DNA of 62,953 nucleotides, filler included. It is 5 parts of 5 records of this genome, joined end to end, with 100 filler letters (N's around TTAATTAATTAA, not from the genome) between each part and the next. Parts side by side here need not be neighbours in the genome. Positions count along the whole stretch, not along the records: positions 58,634 to 62,953 come from SRR20825010_2097; 4 more parts are not named here. One strand, given 5' to 3'. The position numbers and the translations under genes were made by a program. A model generated the notes under the pieces. It worked only from the letters and a program-made list of their open reading frames with translations. It was not told the DNA's origin and searched no databases. Shown piece after piece: positions 58,909 to 62,953 of the stretch; positions within the stretch are counted from its first letter, which is position 1; each line of letters starts with the position of its first letter.

Positions 58909-60603
58909 ATGGAAACACCGGCGGGGATTAAAGCCGAGGCCTGGGCGCCTGTACGGATGGGCGCGCAGGGAGCCGTTGTGACGAACCATCCCCTGTCCTC
59001 GATGGCGGGCATGCGCATCCTGGCGGGCGGCGGCAACGCGGTGGATGCGGCGGTCGCCATCGGCTTCGCGCTGGGCGTTGCCGAGCCGCAAGGCTCCGGC
59101 ATTGCGGCCGACGGCTTCATGATGATCCACATGAAGGAAGAAAAATCCCTCTCCATCGCGAACGGCACAGGCACCGCGCCGATGGCCGCGACGCCGGAAC
59201 GGTTCGCGAGCGGGATCGAGAATAACGGCATTCTCTCCGTCTCGGTGCCGGGTATCTGCGATGCACTCCTTGCCGCGCACGCACGTCATGGGCGGCTGCC
59301 GCTGGCGGACTGCATTCAGCCAGCTATCGAGCTTTGCCTGGAAGGCGTTCCGCAGACCCATTTCCAGTACAAGCTGGCGGAGAGCCAGCACCTTCTGCAC
59401 AGCTTTCCCGCATCGGCCACGATCTTCGCGCCGGACGGCGTACCGCTGCAGCCGGGGCAGATCCGGCGCAATCCGGACCTCGCCAAAACCTACAAGCTGA
59501 TCGCGGAACATGGGCGGGACGCGTTTTACAAAGGCCCCATCGCCGACGCCATCGTAGCCTTCTCCGAGCAGGCGGGCGGCATCCTGACGAAAGAGGATTT
59601 CGCCAATTACCGGATGGAATGGCAGGAGCCAATTTCGACGACCTACCGGGGCCGCACTGTTTACGAAGCGCCGCCGAATTCCTCCGGCCATGTACTGCTG
59701 CAGGAACTGAACCTGATCGAGCATTTCGACATGGCCGGGCTCGGTCTCAATTCGGCCGACGCAATCCATGTGATGGTGGAAGCGAAGAAGCTGGCATTCG
59801 CGGACCGCGAGGCGTTTCTGGGGGATCCGGATTTCGTCAATGTTCCCATCCGGGGACTGCTTTCCAAGGAATATGCGGCCGAGCGCGTTCGGCTGATCGA
59901 TATCCAGCGCGCTGCCGAAAAGGTGATGCATGGCGACCCCTGGAAATATCAGGCGGGTGTCCCGGAAGGTGCGCGCCCGGGAATGGGGCTTCGGGAGACG
60001 CACTCGGATACCACGCATTATTGCGTGATCGACCGTTGGGGCAATGCTGTGGACGGGCTGCAGAGCCTGTCCGGACATTTCGGCTCCCAGGTTGTCTGTC
60101 CGTCGACCGGCATGTTGCTGAACAACCGGATGAATTACTGGCATCTGGATGAAGGGCATGCGAACCGGCTGCAACCCGGCAAGCGGGTCCGTCACACGAT
60201 GAACCCGGTCATGGTCTTCGATGGCGCGGTCGGGGAGGGAGGTGCCCTCAATCTTTGCTGCGGTACGCCGGGTGCGGATGTTCAGGTTCAGGTGAACATG
60301 CAGTTGATCTCGTCGATCTACGATCACGGCCTCACCGTGGCGGAGGCAATCCACGCGCCGCGATGGACGCATATCCAGACCGGGATGACCTCGCAATATC
60401 CGCATAAAAGCGTGGATGGCATGATCGGCGAATCCCGCTTCGGCGATGCGGTGTTCGAGGATCTGACAGGGCGCGGTCACCCGTTGAAGAAGGTGGATGC
60501 CTGGGCCGGTGGGGCCAGCACGGGGGCCATTCAGGTTAGCGCGTTCGGCAGCTATCTTGCCGCGTCCGATCCACGCCGTGACGGGTTGGCGCTGGTGCTC
60601 TGA
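58909..60603 (+). CDS. Gamma-glutamyltransferase family Ntn-hydrolase
   Basis: GGNAVDAA, SVPG, PPNSSG, KLAFADR, nucleophile TTH, LNNRM, PGKR, GTPG, SDPRRDG. Confidence 0.9.
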   Translation: METPAGIKAEAWAPVRMGAQGAVVTNHPLSSMAGMRILAGGGNAVDAAVAIGFALGVAEPQGSGIAADGFMMIHMKEEKSLSIANGTGTAPMAATPERFASGIENNGILSVSVPGICDALLAAHARHGRLPLADCIQPAIELCLEGVPQTHFQYKLAESQHLLHSFPASATIFAPDGVPLQPGQIRRNPDLAKTYKLIAEHGRDAFYKGPIADAIVAFSEQAGGILTKEDFANYRMEWQEPISTTYRGRTVYEAPPNSSGHVLLQELNLIEHFDMAGLGLNSADAIHVMVEAKKLAFADREAFLGDPDFVNVPIRGLLSKEYAAERVRLIDIQRAAEKVMHGDPWKYQAGVPEGARPGMGLRETHSDTTHYCVIDRWGNAVDGLQSLSGHFGSQVVCPSTGMLLNNRMNYWHLDEGHANRLQPGKRVRHTMNPVMVFDGAVGEGGALNLCCGTPGADVQVQVNMQLISSIYDHGLTVAEAIHAPRWTHIQTGMTSQYPHKSVDGMIGESRFGDAVFEDLTGRGHPLKKVDAWAGGASTGAIQVSAFGSYLAASDPRRDGLALVL

Positions 60604-60704
60604 GCCAGCTCGTAAGAGAGGTGCCAGAAGAAGAAAGGCCCCGCCGGGGCGGGGCCGAGTAGACTGTCCGGCAGGCTGGCAACCGGTACAGCGAGGCAGT
60701 TCGT

Positions 60705-61622
60705 TCAGGTGCCGAAACGGGCGCCGACTTCGAGGCCCTGTTCGGCGATGAAATCCTTCGCGGAGATTTTCTTGCCTCCGTCATAGCGCACGCGCTGGAC
60801 AAGAATGCCGCCGCGCCCCGCATTGATGACGAAGCCGTCGTCGGTGATGGCGCAGATCCGGCCGGTTCGTCCGGAGCCGTCGGCCTTCTGGCTGTCGAAG
60901 ATCTGCAACTCCTTGCCGTTCAGCGTCGTCCAGGCGCCGGGCTGCGGGTTGCAGCCGCGAATCTGGTTGTAGACCTCGGTCTGGCTGCGGTTCCAGTTGA
61001 TCTCGCCATCCGCCTTGCGGCACCAGCCTTCGTAGGTGGCCTTGGATTCGTCCTGGGGCGTGTGCGGCGGGTTGCCGGCACGGATCAGGTCGATGCTTTC
61101 AAGCACCGCTTCGATGCCGAGCGGGAAGACCTTGTCGAAATAGACGGAGCCGAGCGTGTCGTCCGGGGTGATCTCGACTTCCTTCTGGACGCAGATATCG
61201 CCTTCGTCGAGGCCGTCGTCCGGATAGAAGATCGTCAGGCCGGTCTTGTCCGCGCCCCAGATGATCGGCCAGTTGATGGAGGAGGGGCCGCGATGCATCG
61301 GCAGCAGGGACGGGTGGAAGCAGAGCGAGCCATGCTTCGGCACGTTCCGGGCCTCTTCCGGTATGAAGATGATGACATAGGCCATCATCATCAGATCGGC
61401 GTTCCAGCTCTTCAGTTCCTCGATCACTTCGGGAAGGGAATAATCGGCGGGCTGGCAGACGGTTAGGCCATGCTCCAGCGCGGCTTCCTTGACCGGATCG
61501 ACCGGGCGGCCTTCCTTGTCCGGCGCCGTGTAGACGGCAACGATTTCGTCCTCGCCCTTTTCCAGAATGGCTTCGAGCGCGGCCTTACCGAAGGCCTGTT
61601 GTCCGTTCAGGATAATGCGCAT
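60705..61622 (-). CDS. Formyltransferase-fold protein (Fmt/ALDH1L hydrolase-domain-like)
   Basis: FHPSLLPMHRGPSSINW, DDGLDEGD, IRGCNPQPGAWT. Confidence 0.85.
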   Translation of the reverse strand: MRIILNGQQAFGKAALEAILEKGEDEIVAVYTAPDKEGRPVDPVKEAALEHGLTVCQPADYSLPEVIEELKSWNADLMMMAYVIIFIPEEARNVPKHGSLCFHPSLLPMHRGPSSINWPIIWGADKTGLTIFYPDDGLDEGDICVQKEVEITPDDTLGSVYFDKVFPLGIEAVLESIDLIRAGNPPHTPQDESKATYEGWCRKADGEINWNRSQTEVYNQIRGCNPQPGAWTTLNGKELQIFDSQKADGSGRTGRICAITDDGFVINAGRGGILVQRVRYDGGKKISAKDFIAEQGLEVGARFGT

Positions 61623-61708
61623 TGTGCTCCCTCCCCACCGCCCGGCGCGCTCCGGGCGGACATGCTATTTGAAGGCGCGGGGACGGAATGCCCCCGCGCC
61701 GTATCGGA

Positions 61709-62953
61709 TTAGAACAGGCCTTCGATCTGGTCCTGATCGTTCAGCGTGATCTTCTCGGCGGCCGGGACACGCGGCAGGCCCGGCATGGTCATGATATCGC
61801 CGCAGACCGCAACAATGAACTCCGCACCGTTGGAAAGACGCACTTCGCGGACCGGCAGCGTATGGCCGCTGGGGGCGCCCTTCGCATTCGGGTCGATCGA
61901 GAAGCTGTACTGCGTCTTGGCGATGCAGACCGGGAACTTGTCGGCGCCGAGCGCTTCGAAATCCTTGATCTGGTTCAGCACCTTCTGGTCCGCAACCACG
62001 CCGGCGGCATCGTAGATGTTCTTGGCGATGGCTTCGATTTTCTGCAGCAGGCCGAGGTTTTCGTCGTAAAGCGGCTTGAAGTCGGCACTGCCGCCTTCGA
62101 CCAGTTCCACGACTTTCTTGGCCAGATCCTCGGTGCCGGCGCTGCCGTCGGACCAGTGGGTGCAGATGATGGCTTCGACGCCCTCGGATGCCAGCTCGTC
62201 ACGGACGGCGTTGATTTCCGCATCCGTGTCGGTGATGAAGCGGTTCAGCGCAACCACGACCGGCACACCGAATTTCTTGGTGTTAACAACATGGCGCTTG
62301 ATGTTCGAGGTGCCCTTGACCACAGCTTCGATATTCTCGGTGCCGAGATCTTCCTTGGCGACGCCGCCATGCATCTTCAGCGCCCGGACGGTGCCGACGA
62401 CGACTGCCGCGGCAGGCTTCAGACCGGCCTTGCGGCATTTGATGTCGAAGAACTTCTCGGCGCCAAGATCGGCACCGAAACCGGCTTCGGTCACCACATA
62501 GTCACCCAGCTTCAGGGCGGTCTTGGTGGCCATCACCGAGTTGCAGCCATGGGCGATGTTTGCGAACGGGCCGCCATGGATGAAGGCCGGGTTGTTTTCC
62601 AGCGTCTGCACCAGGTTCGGGGCCAGGGCGTCGCGCAGCAGCACGGTCATGGCGCCGTTGGCATCGACGTCGCGGGCGAAGATCGGCTTACGGTCGCGGG
62701 TATAGGCGACGATGATGTTGCCGAGGCGGCGCTTCATGTCTTCCAGATCGGTCGCGAGGCAGAAGATTGCCATCACTTCGGAGGCGACGACGATGTCGAA
62801 GCCATCCTCACGCGGGAAGCCGTTGGCCACGCCACCGAGGGAGTTGGCGATCTGGCGCAGCGCCCGGTCGTTCATGTCGATGCAGCGTTTCCAGGTCACC
62901 CGGCGCTCGTCGATGCCGAGCTTGTTGCCCCAGTAGATGTGGTTGTCGATCAT
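61709..62953 (-). CDS. fhs: Formate--tetrahydrofolate ligase, 3' part (runs off the window end)
   Basis: [55 protein letters not shown]. Confidence 0.97.
   Translation of the reverse strand: MIDNHIYWGNKLGIDERRVTWKRCIDMNDRALRQIANSLGGVANGFPREDGFDIVVASEVMAIFCLATDLEDMKRRLGNIIVAYTRDRKPIFARDVDANGAMTVLLRDALAPNLVQTLENNPAFIHGGPFANIAHGCNSVMATKTALKLGDYVVTEAGFGADLGAEKFFDIKCRKAGLKPAAAVVVGTVRALKMHGGVAKEDLGTENIEAVVKGTSNIKRHVVNTKKFGVPVVVALNRFITDTDAEINAVRDELASEGVEAIICTHWSDGSAGTEDLAKKVVELVEGGSADFKPLYDENLGLLQKIEAIAKNIYDAAGVVADQKVLNQIKDFEALGADKFPVCIAKTQYSFSIDPNAKGAPSGHTLPVREVRLSNGAEFIVAVCGDIMTMPGLPRVPAAEKITLNDQDQIEGLF

Noticed and set aside
60705..61622. Assigning the gene symbol fmt
   Set aside because: No def neighbour, no N-x-H Asn, and motifs closer to the ALDH1L hydrolase domain.
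1..62953. tRNA, rRNA, CRISPR, IS/transposase, integrase, prophage or defence genes
   Set aside because: None was recognised. The intergenic regions are short and show no cloverleaf or repeat-spacer pattern.

Overview
This window is not one contiguous locus. It is five contigs joined by four artificial 100-nt spacers (N-run, TTAATTAATTAA, N-run) at 15536-15635, 39268-39367, 48879-48978 and 58534-58633. The content is alphaproteobacterial and mostly core metabolism. Contig 1 has a partial acnA, an acyl-CoA synthetase/LIV-type ABC/PaaK-like ligase operon, an enolase-superfamily enzyme, EamA, a glutathione peroxidase, a PilZ protein, a methyltransferase, an enoyl-CoA hydratase and a CoA-transferase. 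Contig 2 has ychF-pth-rplY-prs, an M24 peptidase, pgeF-midA-lgt-hldD, ubiK-ybjN-proC-TetR-phasin-csaA, EnvZ/OmpR/MarR-like regulators, ilvE, ornithine decarboxylase, an amidase, uup, djlA and a FAD oxidase. Contig 3 has a NitT/TauT ABC transporter, a GMC oxidoreductase, an RHH protein, a VOC protein, ycaQ and LysR-iorAB. Contig 4 looks more AT-rich by eye and may come from another organism; it has a TraB/GumN protein, a DUF2336/PAS-like protein, Lrp, Rrf2-methyltransferase, greA, an RTX protein and carB. Contig 5 has a pncA fragment, a GGT-family enzyme, a formyltransferase-fold protein and fhs. I saw no rRNA, tRNA, CRISPR array, transposase, phage or defence system. The most interesting signals are small or non-coding: (i) a 36-codon uORF rich in rare Arg codons that overlaps the ornithine decarboxylase start, a possible leader-peptide sensor; (ii) tandem NrdR-like boxes 21 bp apart upstream of ybjN-proC; (iii) a stand-alone ALDH1L-hydrolase-like protein next to fhs; and (iv) a candidate rplY leader hairpin. 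All family calls come from recognising motifs by eye; no database search was run.
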